A stretch of 55,882 nucleotides of DNA, the filler included, from Sphacelaria rigidula (lineage: Eukaryota): assembly GCA_964200075.2 (NCBI GenBank). It is 6 parts of 6 records of this genome, joined end to end, with 100 filler letters (N's around TTAATTAATTAA, not from the genome) between each part and the next. Parts side by side here need not be neighbours in the genome. Positions count along the whole stretch, not along the records: positions 37,323 to 46,552 come from CAXNAA020008985.1; positions 46,653 to 55,882 come from CAXNAA020008986.1; 4 more parts are not named here. One strand, given 5' to 3'. The translations under genes were made by a program, and so were the position numbers. The notes under the pieces were generated by a model. The model saw nothing but the letters and a program-made list of their open reading frames with translations, was not told where the DNA came from and did no database searches. This document shows positions 37,323-50,271 of the stretch, piece by piece; within the stretch, counting starts at the first letter, position 1; every line of letters starts with the position of its first letter.

Positions 37323-37682
37323 CACACCCCCCGTGGAACAGGCCGTGTTTGGCCAGGCGCGCCCGGACAGAGGGCGGGCGCCGAAGGGAGAGTTCCCATT
37401 TTTTTTTTTTTTCTCTCCTGCGCTAGAGAATCCCAAAGGTACGAACCAAGCCTTTGCCCGACATGCTGCGGGAATTATCGGGTGTCCAAAAATAAAGCTA
37501 CGCGTAGGAATGATGCTCACAACCAAAAACAGATGCAACGGCCCACACACGCAGCCGAGTAAAAGCCGAAGCACGAGGGGCACACAAACGTTAGCAAACG
37601 GCAAGGGGTATAGAGTATATAAAGGCAAGACCAACCTCACGATAGGTCATGAAACTGCACGGATGATCAAACATAATTTCAC

Positions 37683-37859
37683 CTCGTTGTTGATCACCAC
37701 CACAATAGGCTTGAGTGGCCGCTGACGCCGCAGGGCTAGCACGTAGTGGTGCAAGCCAGGATGCCCCCCGACCAACACGATGTGGCCCGATAGTCCCGGG
37801 GGCAGAGTGGACGTGTGAATTCGCAGGGCATTGGCGACGCTCTCGGCCACCCTCTCCAC
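37683..37859 (-). CDS. BK-like channel exon (start of RCK2)
   Basis: LSGHIVLVGGHPGLHHYVLALR...LKPIVVV resembles LSGHVVVC...GLRNLVMPLR...LKHIVFV. Confidence 0.85.
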
Positions 37860-40800
37860 CTAGACCAAAAACAAGGCGTCAACGGAGGTAGGTACTCAAG
37901 AGGGTCCCGGAGATGGCAGTCCATAGGAGGAAACAGTCGGTGGCAAGCGAACGATTGAATACCGGAGACAGACACACGGAAGGCATTAAATCCGAAATCA
38001 TAATGGTGACGGACGCGCCCGGATGGAAACACGAAACAGACAGACACCAGACGATGTGGCAACAGCCGAGGAACCTGCTTTTCAGGGGGCGAACGGGGGT
38101 TCCGTACCGCCGACGACGTAACTGCAGCGACTGCAGCAGGTGGCAGGGAGGCACGCTTTAGTTTTCCTAACCTTGCTGAAGAAGGCGGCGGGGTCATTGG
38201 ACATGTGCACCGCTCTCGCCAACTCATCCCCGTCGAACGCCGATTGCTCCTCCAACTCTACGAGCTGGGCCTTTGCCTGCTTCAAGGCGTCCAGCGCCCG
38301 CATCCAGTTGACTCCTTCTTCGCGATTTCTGCCCAACAGCGAGGTAAACAAACCACAAGACAAAATTACCAGTAGGAAACCCACAATCGCTGATAGGTGC
38401 TAATGAGGCGGTCTACCATGGCATAACGGAAGTGAGCAATTAAAATACTAGGAAATGGCATCACAACCCAGCAAAATCGATCAAACACTACGAATGCAAA
38501 GGTATGTTTTGCCAGCGTTAAACCATAACTTGAGCGTGTGAAATTCTAAACGGGTGGTTCTGGTTGGGGGTCATGAAAAATGAATCAACACGCGTGAGAA
38601 GGTTTGCGTTCGACCAGTGTACAAATACAGAGATATCATGTCGCGATCCTGCCTTGATAAAATATGATAATATCTTCGTGAGGCTGTGAGAGCGTCTCAG
38701 CTAACAAAATGGGAAACTCTTCTCGCTGATCAACAATAAGGACCTTCATACCTCCTCGACCAGACGTTCAGTAACAGTACTTACGATTCGCGGCGGAAAT
38801 TCTCCAGCAGAAGCAAGGTCTCCTCGTCCAACTGGAGCCCTGCCCAAGACTTCCTCTGCTGGCTCACGGCACTGACCGCCAGCAACCCACCCCTCTCGCC
38901 AACGCCACCACTGATGCTACTGTGAGGAGAACTCAGCACCGTTGGTAGCGCTCTAGCGGCGTGTTGTGCGGGAGACTGAGGACAACGGCGCACCCCAGTC
39001 GGCGGAGGTGATGATCGCGCGGCGCCTTTGAAGGTGACCAACCCCTGGGACGTACTACTAGTCATCGTTGGAGCGCCTGAGAACGAGTTGACGGTGGCGG
39101 TTACATCTGTCGCGACTGGTGATGCTGCAGAAGATGTTTTTGGTGACCGCGAAATAGAAACCATCGGCGACAGTGGAGGTGGCAGCATCGCTGCCTCCGC
39201 CGTTGCTGCTGCTCCCCCCACCGCTACCCCGTCATTGGTAATGGCATTGGCAACGGCAGGAGGTGGTGCCACTGGAGCTTGTGGGGATGTAGTTGGAGGC
39301 ACGAAGAGTGTCTCCGCTGCGGAGGTGGCGGGGGCGGCGGCGATCGACGTGTACGTGGAGGATTCTTCTCGGGCGCCTGTGGCAGTGGTCTCTAACGCGG
39401 AGAGTGCTACGCTGGCCGATACCGCCGATACTGCCGATGTAGAACCGTGTGCTGCAGAAGGTGGGGTCTCGAGGGTTGGGGAGCCGATACTTCTGTTGGA
39501 GTTAATATCATTGCTGGTGTTGTTGGGAAAATGATTTGCACCACCGCTGCCACCGCTAACGCCGTCAACGTCTGGACCAGAACGATCTACGGTGGCTACG
39601 CGAGTCGCCACCGTGGCCGGGCGCGGTGCTACTTTCGCTGCCGAGGAACCGGCGGCCGGAAGGGGGAGTAAATTCCCGGAAAACGGCGAGGATTGAGCTT
39701 GTGCTGTGGGTGGTGGTGGCGGTGGCGGCGGCGGTTGGTGGTAGTGTGATTGCGGGTGGGTCGAGAACGACGAAAACTCGGTTGAGGATGAACGGGCGTC
39801 GATGGTTGCCTCTGTATCATCGGGGTAGGCGTCGTGCTTTTGAAAATATTGCGGGAATTCGACGCAGAAATACCGGTCGGAGTGTACGGTAGGATGACAA
39901 GGAGTGGCAGATGGTTGGGAGGGGGCGAGGTCGGGAGGGGGGGGGGGATCAGCAACACGATTTTTACCAGGCAACGCGCCTTCGCCGGATGCTCTGTTAT
40001 TGCCAAGCCACACCGACTCTTCACTTCTTGACCGCCATCTTGCGGGGTTTTCACATTCATGACATATACAAGGACTCTGTTCATCAGACTACGTGTGGTA
40101 CTTCAACTATGCAACACACACTCGTGCCACATCGTAAGACGTCCAGGCACGTGGAAAACAACGCGATATTTGCAATTTCCAGCGGTCCTGAGCTCCGTAG
40201 CTATTGCGGCAACTTTTACACGCGTCTGTGCAGCTCGAAAACGATCAACGAGATCAATAGGCGTATTGCTGCCAAGCCGGCACTTGCGACCCCCTGCCAT
40301 GCCATGGCATGACGCTTCTCAGGAGGCTAGAACTACCCTACGAGGAAGCAGCAACACGACACGACCAGGGATGAATACACCGCGCACAATACAGACTTAT
40401 GTTTGTGAACATTCTCACCTGTAGATCAAAAATCCATTCCTCGGCCAGCCGTTTCGTCTCGGCCAGCACAAGCAGGTGGCAGCTCTGCGTGAACCGAAAA
40501 CCGCGTCCGGGTAACACCTCTACCTCGACGTGATCAACCCACCCACCCCTGTTGCTGCCACTACCATTATTTGGGCGGTACAGCCCGCCACCTGCCCCCC
40601 CATATGCGCACGAGATTGACATGTCCTCCACCGCGGCGAGGAGAAGCACTTTGCCACCAGAATCTCCGTAGACTGTGAGGGCGGCCCTGCCATTACAAGA
40701 AGAAACAAAACGGAACGCAGACGGAGAATCGAAAAAATCAGGACGACGTCTGTGTAGTGAGCAGGCTATTATGTGCACGCTTCGGAGTAAATGGCGAACA

Positions 40801-43800
40801 CATGTGGTTCAGTGCAAGACCTTTTCCGCCGAAGCCTGGGAGAGGCCGGCCATTTTTTTCTTTTCTTTTCTTTTCTTTTTTAACGTCAAAGTCTATGTAG
40901 GCTTGTCTGAAATCAGAAGAAGGTCACAGTGCTGCTCAAGATCTTCATCCCTGTCAAGAGCTTCAGAGACTTCAACACACAAGCAGTTACACAAACAGCT
41001 GTCTTCGTTAAATCAGAAGTGACCTATTTCTCCTTGCACACATATTACATGTCAAGCAGTCATAGTCATACTCCAGAGAATATCCTATGACCAAATCTCA
41101 TGTGACCTAATTCATGATTTACATGGACGTGTACTGGATGTGAATTACTTTACATCTATCATGTTGTTCTGCTCTACTTTTTCTATTTCTTCTCTTTTCT
41201 TTAGCGAATGTTTTTGTTTTGTGATTATCTCGGGTGCGTCCATCATGTGGATATTGACAACGGCTGGATCATGACTCCTGGGGGATCAGATAAAGTGCGA
41301 CAATCCAACTAAATGAAAATCACGTGTAGACTGAAAACAAAGCAGCACGTAATGGGAAAAAAATAAGGGGTAAACGTCAGGGAGGGGCGCTCATGTTCGT
41401 TCCTAGGGCTTGTTCGCATCTGCGTTTACCATCATCTCTCTTGCTCTCGAAATATTTATCTTGAAATATATCCCAATATTTTCACCTTCTGAAAGACATT
41501 CCCCACAGTCCTGAATCGCTGGGCAGGTCGTCGAGGGGTATGGAGTAAAGCTTGAAGGCAGCCCCATCCGTGTAGTCTTCAAGCCACCCCTTGTCCTTCT
41601 TCTTGCGCCAGACGCTTCCCCCGTCGCGGTGGCCTCCACTTTTGCTGCGACTACGGCTGATACGAACGGCTGCCGGTATCTCGACGTTACCATCGATGAC
41701 CGCGTGGTCTTGTGCCCTGTCGAAACAAAATATGTAAAATGACAACCACACCATGAGAAGGCATCACATACAGTACTGGGCACCCGAACTGTTCATACAT
41801 ATTGGTAATTTCGTCGTAATTGACGATTTCATTAGGTTATTTCGTCGCTACCGCTCATCACATCGAGGAAATCTGAACTTAATTGTATCTGCTCCACGTT
41901 CCAAGATTGAAAAACAACAAAACATCTCTACTCAATATTAAGTGACTTACGGGCTGATCGGTCATCGGGGGTCCCTTCACGTTTCAGACCAGATTCCAAC
42001 TCTTCGGCATTTTCGGTCGATCGAGCCTGTCCCGATCGTGTTTGTGAAGAAGTATACGGAATTGTTTTCTTGAAACTTTGACTACTCATTGCACTAGGGC
42101 CGAATAACTGTCTTTCACGGTCAATGACACCCTCCTGATAAACGGGGTGTCTACTCGTTTCGCTCAATCACACCAACTATTCAACACTAACTTGTGGCAC
42201 CGGGGGGCGGGGGGAAGACGGTATTTTTATTTTACCCAAATCTACCGACGCTAGCACTATCGAGTTCTACCGAAAAGCAGTCGCGAAAAAAAAAAAATGT
42301 TAACGAAAAAAAGTTAAGGCGCTCAGTACTATACACAGTTGCAGATTTAATTCTTCTTCATGTCAACCACCGCCGCTTGGCGACCAAGACAACTTCGATG
42401 TAAAGAACGCGTACAGTACCGATTCCGCCTGTGTAGTATATCCATCCAACCACTTGGCATCGGTGGTGGCATCATGGACAGAGAATACGCGAAGGTAACA
42501 CACGACCACGTCGGCACCGTGGAGGATGACCAACGTTTGTAAAAATAACAGGGCAAGTGAACCACGGAGTTTCCTCTTATCAACTCTTGAGATAGAGTGA
42601 ACGCAAGCTCAGAGCAACGGGGCGACACGGCCCACCATCACCTTAGGATGAATACAACAGTAAAAACGAATCATGACAGAGCAACACACCTCTGGTTCCC
42701 GTGAGCTTTTTTTTTACCACCCAGCCTGCTCCCACTGCCGAAGAGCCAGCCGCTTCTGCCAGCTTTTCTCTCCCAGGAGGAAGATGCGTACCCGGAACGG
42801 TCCCCGGAACGACCCTCCTTCTCGCCGCGACCGCTGTGCCCACTGTGCCCACTGTGCCCATTGCCGCTGCGTACGGTGTTGACCACAAAGGGAAGGAACG
42901 ACGGACACAACGTCCCACAGGCCAGCATGGCCATCTTGATTTCGTCATGACATATCACGTGATCGATCCCGAACCCAAGCAGCTGTCGGCGTGGTGTGTG
43001 CGCATGTACACGCGTAAGACCGGTACGGCGAGAAAAAGCGCGTGCGGTGGAGGAGGACGGAGTGGGGCGGTTGGAATCGAGATTTTTGGCGTAAGTGCAA
43101 CGCATTGCAGCATAGATCGACGATGAGACGTGTGGCACATGTATGCATGTATATATGCGTAGGAGCGGTACAGCGAGAAAAACGTGCGTGGGGTGGAGGG
43201 CGGGGGGTTGAAATCGATTTTTTGGAGTAGGTAAGTGCACCACACTGCAGCATAGACCGATGATGAGGCGTGTGGCAAATATTCTCGATGACTGACTGAA
43301 TCCCTGAGCAGCTCATCGAAGACGAGTCAAATTTTCACACAATTTGCAGAGAGGTGGATCATCCCGAGCGAGTCGTTAGGGGGGGGGGGGGGGGGGGGGG
43401 GCCTTGTTTTTTTGTTTTCTCGGTGGTGTGTTGGTCCTTAGCACCACTCTTTTGTGGGGCGGTGGTTGGNNNNNNNNNNGGCTGTAGATGCGTCTCGAGT
43501 AGGCGAAAAACATGGAGCGTTTGCGATTGGGCGTTGCGACGGGGGAGAGGGCGGCGTACTCATTGGTTGCCTGCCTTGGTCGTTTGACCATTACCACGCA
43601 TCCTTTTTGAGACGGAGCAAGTCGTTGGGGTCACTGGGCTGGTTTTGCGTTGCCCTGCGTACCACACGCGACGCATGTGTGTCTGTGGGACGACGAAGAG
43701 CAGATTCGAGTAGACACCAACAATACGAACGACTCTCCGGTAGCATTGGATGCCGCATAGAAACCTCCTAGACCACGAAAAGGCGCACCTGGTCTTTGCT

Positions 43801-46133
43801 ACGCAGCTCTTCCACCGTCACGACCGTGCGGCGGGGGACCCCGGTCTCGCTCAGCATCTTCACCTTCGACATCAGCGCCTGAAATTCCACGACAGATTAA
43901 AAACAAAACGCATGCCAGTAACCACAACACATTAGGCACGGAAGTTGACCGTTTGGGGGTTCCTGCGATCGTTTATTTTCAAGTATCGCAGCAGTACATC
44001 TTAGTCCTACGTCACGGAATTTCACCTCCGAATTCTCAAACACTGATCATGTCTTTGCAAGTGCGACTCCATTTTGTGGTTGAAGACGACGAAGTCCTTT
44101 ACAGCTGAATTTCCAAGGCACATTGAGAGTACGGAGGGGCCATCATCGAGCCTCAGCATGTTGTACGGAAAATCAACAAAATAATAGTGAGAAAAAAAAA
44201 CAAGCTACGTTTTTCACGGAGGATCACAAATATTCCGAAAATACATTCCGATGCGTGTTTCCGAGCGCATCCACGTGCTGTTCTTGTACTGCTTGTACTG
44301 CACGTGCACTCCAACACTGGTGTTAGGTACCCTCTACCCATAATGCATACATCCCACGCCCCGGACAATGTGTGGTGAACAGTTGCGATAGAAAAAAATG
44401 TACTACGTAACGTATAGGCCTATTGCAACTATACTCGATCTATACTTGACACAGCACAATTCTTCCGTTGAAACTCTCGACCACATGTTGTCATCATCCA
44501 GGATGTGGTACTGTTCATCCACGGGCAAGTCAGTGGCCGGGCACAGCATGACACGGAACACTCGACACAACCATTGAAGGATACAGTTGTTGTATCGATG
44601 AGCAAACACTGAAAGTGCAACTCGAAAAACGCACACACGCACGCGCGCGCGCCCAACATATAAAAGCAAAGCACCACTGTATCACATACCTCATTGGTTG
44701 GGGTGTGGTCGAGGTATCGCCTAAGTGCCTTCGCCGCTAGAGTCACGCGCTCTTCGGCGGCGCGCACGTCTCCACCGGGCCTCAGATTCGGAAAGAGGAA
44801 GATACAATCCGCGTACCTGAAGTAACGATCGATTTTTTACGGTCACGATACAGACAACCCAGGCTTAATTTAATTCAATATGCCCGCACGGGGGAAAATG
44901 TCGTCAACACAGCTGATGCCACATTGCACCATCGTATGTGGTTCGCCTTGCACAGTTTACGACATAACATGTACGTCCGATAATAGAAAACATGAGGGCA
45001 TGTGTATCCCTACCTATATTCGGGGGTCACGGAGAAGTGACAACACATACACACACAATACACGTGCTGAGAGACGAGGACACATTAGACGCAACACACG
45101 ACACGCGCGCTCTTCCCTACTGCGTACCGCACACAACCCAGTGTGCCGTTCATGGGCGGTACTCCCTTCCAAGCGCATCTTACGTGATTACCCCAAGACC
45201 AATAAACCAAGAACAAATGGTGACGACCCCTGATGAGTGCCCCGCAATTCCTACGTAAAACCTGCTCGAACTCTACGCTTGGTTTACTGGCCCTACACTG
45301 ATATCATGCGCTCCAGCAAAGTACATCACAAAGTAGATTGGTGCCCCCTGCCCTTTCCCTCTATCCCACCACGATGACCCAACAAAACAAATCAAACATC
45401 ATCTCACTCAGCGCAAACAGCGGCCATATCGCGTGGATCCGTGACGCTCCCGTGAAAGTACCGCACTCGGGACATGAACTTGGGACTCTGCAGCAAATTT
45501 CGGATTTCGGGTCCAGGAGCATTCGGCGCCATCACCACTACCCAAAGCAGAGCAGTGTCCAAGCCATGCCCCTGTGGAGGCCAGCGGGGATGGGGTCACG
45601 ATGAAGCGAGGGGTTGCGTTAAATCATCGTTTCAAACACAATAATGCCGCTGCCCATACCTTGTGTATTAGCACAGAGGAGGAGGAAGGCTAGTGTTGGA
45701 GTGTTGTTTTTGCCCCCATGCCACAAGCAAAAATCTTTACGGGCACAGTATTTCCGACAACCAGAACGGAGAGCAAAATCGTGAGTGATGATGTACTCCA
45801 TGGGACTAACTGCCTGCTAGATATGGAAGGAAAACAAGTGAGCAACGCCCTGAAGAAGCATGTCAATGAATGCGTCCACCCCCCCCTCCCTGTACTTACC
45901 TCATGAAAAAACTCGTCGATACATCGCTCAAGGGAATCACAGTCGAACCCGTCCCCGCCCGGGTCACCACCGCTGCCGCCACTGGATCCCCCCGAACCTC
46001 CCCCCCCTCCTTCATTCCACCCCTCCTGGTCGGCCATGGCCAGCAGCACGTGTATGTGGCTCCCCACGAGCTTCCTGGAGAAACCTTTGCGATACTTGGG
46101 GCGGGATGCCATGGCGTCCATGAGTTCACTCAC
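37683..46133 (-). CDS. BK/Slo-type (calcium-activated) potassium channel alpha subunit, internal part (RCK1, linker, start of RCK2); 10 exons
   Basis: Exons 45900-46133, 45408-45571, 44690-44816, 43789-43878, 42690-42982, 41486-41716, 40419-40686, 38785-39836, 38172-38328 and 37683-37859 splice GT-AG in frame. Motifs collinear with Slo1: HVLL...DEFFHE, VRYFHGSVTDPRDM, ADCIFLF, DHVICHDEIKMAMLA...CP, WLEDY.DG...LY...GMSF, LSGHIVL. Confidence 0.85.
38172..38328 (-). CDS. BK-like channel exon
   Basis: gcag|A acceptor, AAG|gttagg donor; in frame. Confidence 0.75.
38785..39836 (-). CDS. BK-like channel low-complexity linker exon
   Basis: Within ORF 38781..40013; aaag| acceptor, TC|gtaagt donor; phases 0 and 2 fit the neighbours. 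Confidence 0.7.
40419..40686 (-). CDS. BK-like channel exon (end of RCK1)
   Basis: AALTVY...VLLLAAVE...VLPG...LLVLA; splice phases fit. Confidence 0.8.
41486..41716 (-). CDS. BK-like channel exon
   Basis: WLEDYTDGAAFKLYSIPL...LWGMSF resembles WQKYYLEGVSNEMY...FVGLSF. Confidence 0.85.
42690..42982 (-). CDS. BK-like channel exon
   Basis: GIDHVICHDEIKMAMLACGTLCPSFLPFVVN resembles [30 protein letters not shown]. Confidence 0.85.
43011..43279 (+). repeat. Intronic ~140-bp tandem duplication
   Basis: cggtac.gcgagaaaaa...gtaagtgca...ca.tgcagcataga.cga.gatgag.cgtgtggca occurs twice. Confidence 0.8.
43554..43619 (+). repeat. R65 module copy
   Basis: gcgtactcattggttgcctgccttggtcgtttgaccattaccacgcatcctttttgagacggagca. 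Confidence 0.85.
43789..43878 (-). CDS. BK-like channel exon
   Basis: 90 nt, phase 0-0, tttcag| and |gtgcgc sites. Confidence 0.75.
44690..44816 (-). CDS. BK-like channel exon
   Basis: YADCIFLFPNL...AAEERVTLAAKALRRY resembles ADACLILAN...EDASNIMRVISIKNY. Confidence 0.85.
45408..45571 (-). CDS. BK-like channel exon
   Basis: VVVMAPNAPGPEIRNLLQSPKFMSRVRYFHGSVTDPRDMAAV resembles Slo1 VEFYQGSVLNPHDLARV. Confidence 0.85.
45900..46133 (-). CDS. BK-like channel exon (S6-RCK1 linker and start of RCK1)
   Basis: PKYRKGF...HIHVLL...ERCIDEFFHE|gtaagt; the aag acceptor is less certain. Confidence 0.75.
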
Positions 46134-46487
46134 CTTTGCACGGCGGCGCACGCGCGGAGGATATGGGAGTAGGGGCGGGGACGGGGGGTAGGCTTTTGTT
46201 TCTTTTGCGCGCATATACTTTCGCATAAAATGGGGTTTTGCGCATAACTTAATTTATGCGTCTGTTTCAAAGCATACGTGTCTCAAGACTTTAGCACAAC
46301 AAAGGCATGAAAGCCAAGTTTCACGCATGACTTGGCGCATTTAGTACTCCAACGGAATTATACACTCTCTCCCCAGCAGCTAGTATCTGCCCACAGGTGC
46401 TCCATGCGGCGTGGCTCATGGTGTTGTGGTGTTTCTGTTGGTAGTTTTTTTTTCCGATTTTGTTGCGGGTCTGATATCGCCTGTCGT

Positions 46488-46552
46488 GACACTTTTTACG
46501 ATAGCCCCCCCCCTCAAACGTGCATGGATTTGGGAGGCAAAATCTTCTTGTA
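46488..46552 (+). mobile_element. Left end of a GACAC-TIR MITE, cut by the contig end
   Basis: gacactttttacgatagccccccc...gtgcatgg matches the start of 54035. Confidence 0.75.
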
Positions 46553-46652
46553 NNNNNNNNNNNNNNNNNNNNNNNNNNNNNNNNNNNNNNNNNNNNTTAA
46601 TTAATTAANNNNNNNNNNNNNNNNNNNNNNNNNNNNNNNNNNNNNNNNNNNN
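46553..46652. other. Artificial contig linker
   Basis: N44-TTAATTAATTAA-N44. Confidence 0.97.
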
Positions 46653-47260
46653 GTGGGGAAAGCACTGTTTTAGGCTTGAGCCTCATCTCGAAGTTAAACC
46701 TCAATTCTCACAATTTGTTGTTATATACAGTTTTCCTCTCTGAAGAGATTCTCCATCTGTACTTTGAATACACTGAAGTTTTCGCTTAGAACTTCGCCGC
46801 TCCTTGTGGAAGCATCCCAAGGGGGAATCGAGCTTCCTGTACGTAACCTGAACATATTGGCATGTCCAATCCGGGCGGAATTAGTGATTGAAGGTACTTG
46901 CTGTTGGGGGGGTGCTGGGAGTCCCTGCCGAAGGGTTTCAGCTCTATCGGCTTGAATTGCCTCTTCCGGGCTACGGCTTCTCTCTCTAGCTACCTCTGTA
47001 AGCAAAGCTTCTTTCTGCCTATTCAACGCCTCAGTCATGTTTTGTTCATTTTTACGTCTTTCTTGCTCTAACAGTTCGAGGACTATCGATCTCTGCTCTT
47101 GAGGCAGCGCCTCGAATCTCGGGTTTTCCATCCTAAACTCCAATCTCTGAAGGGAATCAAATACCAAACGCACCCCTTGGCTACCTAGCCCTCTAAGATA
47201 CTTTGCGCTAGCGTAAGTCGAAGAGGGGCACTTTCGTGCCTCGTGGCGGGGGTGCCACAA
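46653..47260 (-). mobile_element. Possible 5' part of a retroelement (gag-like charged/coiled-coil ORF, decayed)
   Basis: Intronless ORF MENPRFEALPQEQR...FSVFKVQMENLF followed by stops; PBS-like TGGCACCCCCGCC upstream; no diagnostic domain. Confidence 0.35.
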
Positions 47261-50200
47261 TACAAACTCTGCTGTACAGCTGGTCACGGCCAGCAAAGCA
47301 GGTCCGTATACAAGAACAAACTCGTTGAAAGATTCACTCAACTGTTTTTATCATATATTATCTCAGCGCTGAAAAAGCCCAAAATCAGGAAACCAACACA
47401 CAAAAATGCTCGACACCAAACGTGCTCAATCACCCTGAAAATCAATACACAAAGCTCACACAACAAACTAACTAACTGCTGGTACCCGTAAGACGACGGT
47501 GGAAGCAGGAGCAGAAAAGTGGAGCAAGAAGCTGAAGTCGAGGGGAGCAAGGTGGAGTAAGGTGGAGTGGGGCACGTGGGTTGCGTATCGAGCTCATCAA
47601 GCGCACCGAACATAACTTCCCATAACCGAAAATGTAACTAGCCAACGTACCTCAAACACGTGATAGACCACACTCCAGTTGATCCACAGTCCCACATCTC
47701 AGCCTGATCCACGTCCACATCTCTGGTTAGTAATCCACCACACAATCGCTTCCTCATACGTCGAACCATAGTCACACTCCTTCATGGTTTGACATCCTTC
47801 CAACTTATCGTGTTCATCATGTTCTCATGTGAGCAAAACTCCGAAATACCCGACAAATATCCGTGACTATAGTATCCCTGTTTGACCGTCAGATTCAGGG
47901 TACAATCAACCATCATACGCTTGCGGGGAAATTGGTGCGGGCAAAATCGACAAAAGGGGGAGGGGAGGGGTGATCCATGATAGCTTCTTGGCAAATGACG
48001 CATTAACACTGCTCTACCCTTGCTCCGAGTGCCACGTGAGTCCTGCTGGTGAGCCCGTATCAGGGACTGTTGGCTTCTGGCTAGTAAGAGTATAATTCAA
48101 GTGGATGTCTATTGTTTCAAACGCCTGGAACTGATTTGCTTCATACTCGTATTGACAGTAACTGGAATTCGGTAGGCTGCTTGTTGCACAGCATTGTATA
48201 CATGGTGAATCAGCACAGCTTGAGCCTCTGTTTGTGCGAACATCAGGACAAAGGTTGAGTGTGGCCTCCCTTGTCAGGGGGGCTGCATCAAATTTCGCAA
48301 GAAATGTACTGTAGGGATCGGCATTGCACTGTCTGTACTGTACTGTCTGTACTCTATGCTACACAGCAATACAGCGCCCTGTAATCACCGTAGTGCAGTG
48401 AAGAAGTGCAAGTGCTGTGAAGCGTGGTGTACGGTACGGTACGGTACGGTGCCGCAGATTATGGTGCAACACAAAGGCTAGCTACTATTATTAACAGTGG
48501 ATCCTAGAAAATGGGATTCATCTAAAAAATGATATTGAAGTAGCATTTCTCTTTTGCAGGGGAAACGCGAAACACTTACGACCAAGTGAAGCCAACTTCC
48601 CCCCGAATACCCGCAGCAGCTAAGCAGCTGTGGCTAGGTGCACCTAACGAATGCGGTGTACACGCGTGTCGATGACGATATCACCAGAGAGAAAAGCAAC
48701 GACAGAGAGGAAGCTCCTCACCCGTGTCCTTTGTGTGTCCTCGCCCGGCGGTTACCGATCGCTTGAGGAACTGGCATCATCGATGTTATTATACCAACAT
48801 GTGCCAAAATTTATTCATGTGTCAGAACATCGACGTGCGGAGAAATTCCGTCGTCTCTTCTTGCCTGTCGAGCTCACGAATGCGAAGATCGATTCCTCTC
48901 TGCCTCTCCTTTTGGACAGGGCGCGCCTCTGTGCTCTGAAAAACATGTCGTTGCAAAATAGGGCAATGTTCCCGTCACCTCTACTACTGTTCTCTGTCAC
49001 ACATGCCAGCAAGGCCGGTGCTGCGACAATAACAGATAGATCCAATTTGAAATTAGGGGGTGTTATTCATCGTTGATTTTCGCCGACCTCCCCCAACCGG
49101 GTGCCCGAGCAGAAGGGCCTGTCACACGCCAGTTGAGGGGGGTGTATGAAAGATCAAACACTTGCAGAGACCTTTGTGACATGCGGAGTGAAAAAAAATA
49201 CCTATGGTGGTGACCCAACTGTTGCTAGCGTGGCGCATAGACAATCTTCAGCACACGCTGATCGCGTCGACAGCTCGGTACAGTACGAGTAGCTTCCCAT
49301 GAGTAATAATTATTCCGATGTAAGGAGGTCGTGGATTATCACAAGTTGGGAGGAGAGACGAGAGTGCTCTACGATCAACCGCATGTCGTTGTATTCGAGA
49401 CCTACGCCATCAACCGCCGACAGCAAGGGTCTTGTGGCTTTCACGCGACGCTGTCGGCAGTACGGCAGGCAAACCGGATCATAGCTACCTGTCGTTGCTC
49501 TACCGCGCGTACTCCCGTCTGACAGGTGGTCACGGTAACAAACTGCACCGAAGTCGCATCATCTGTGAAAGCTAGAGAGTTCGATTTTTATGAACTGCAT
49601 CCACACAACTCAAACGGCTAAAAAACCTGAGGGAAGGTGGCCGCTTCGGGTCCACTTAAACATCCGAGGATACCATCGAACAGCAACACCAAACCTTTCG
49701 GGAATCGGCATCACACAGTTCTTGAAAAACGGAACAGTAATCGAGAAGTTACCGTTCGTATTAGAAAACAATGCGTATGGAACGCTTTGCACGTTGGAAA
49801 GCACGGATTTTCATGGAAATTTACTTCTCCGGGTCCCCATTATGTTGTATCCGCCTGTCAAAAGTCTTTCCTCGTTCATCAATGACTGGCTGGGGGTCAG
49901 GGAAGCCTATAATATATAAAATAATATAATAAAATACAATACGACGATGAATAAAAGGGTATAGATGGGACGACAACACAACACAACATACACATGAGCA
50001 TTCTATTCAACGGCCGGCGTGTTTTTTGGTCCGGACGTGGAGAATTCTGCGCCCTTGTCCCCGGGTACTACCAGTCTTGGCTTACTTGTTCCCATCCTCC
50101 GCTCCCCATGGAGAGTCTCTGGTGCTGCATACTACACATGGATGATTTTGAATCACTCACCACGTTCAACGACATTTTCGAGCATTGCAAGCCTCTTAGC

Positions 50201-50271
50201 TGGTGAATGTGAGAGTGTTTACATTTTCTTCAACTATTCACGATTTTAGAAGGGGAAGTAAGTCAAACACA

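Noticed and set aside
41951..42093. Extra BK-channel exon with a good gtaagt donor
   Set aside because: At 143 nt it would shift the frame between exons that already splice in phase; at most a cryptic exon.
3860..46133. Functional cluster of ankyrin, XRN and K+ channel genes
   Set aside because: The genes lie on separate, artificially joined contigs.
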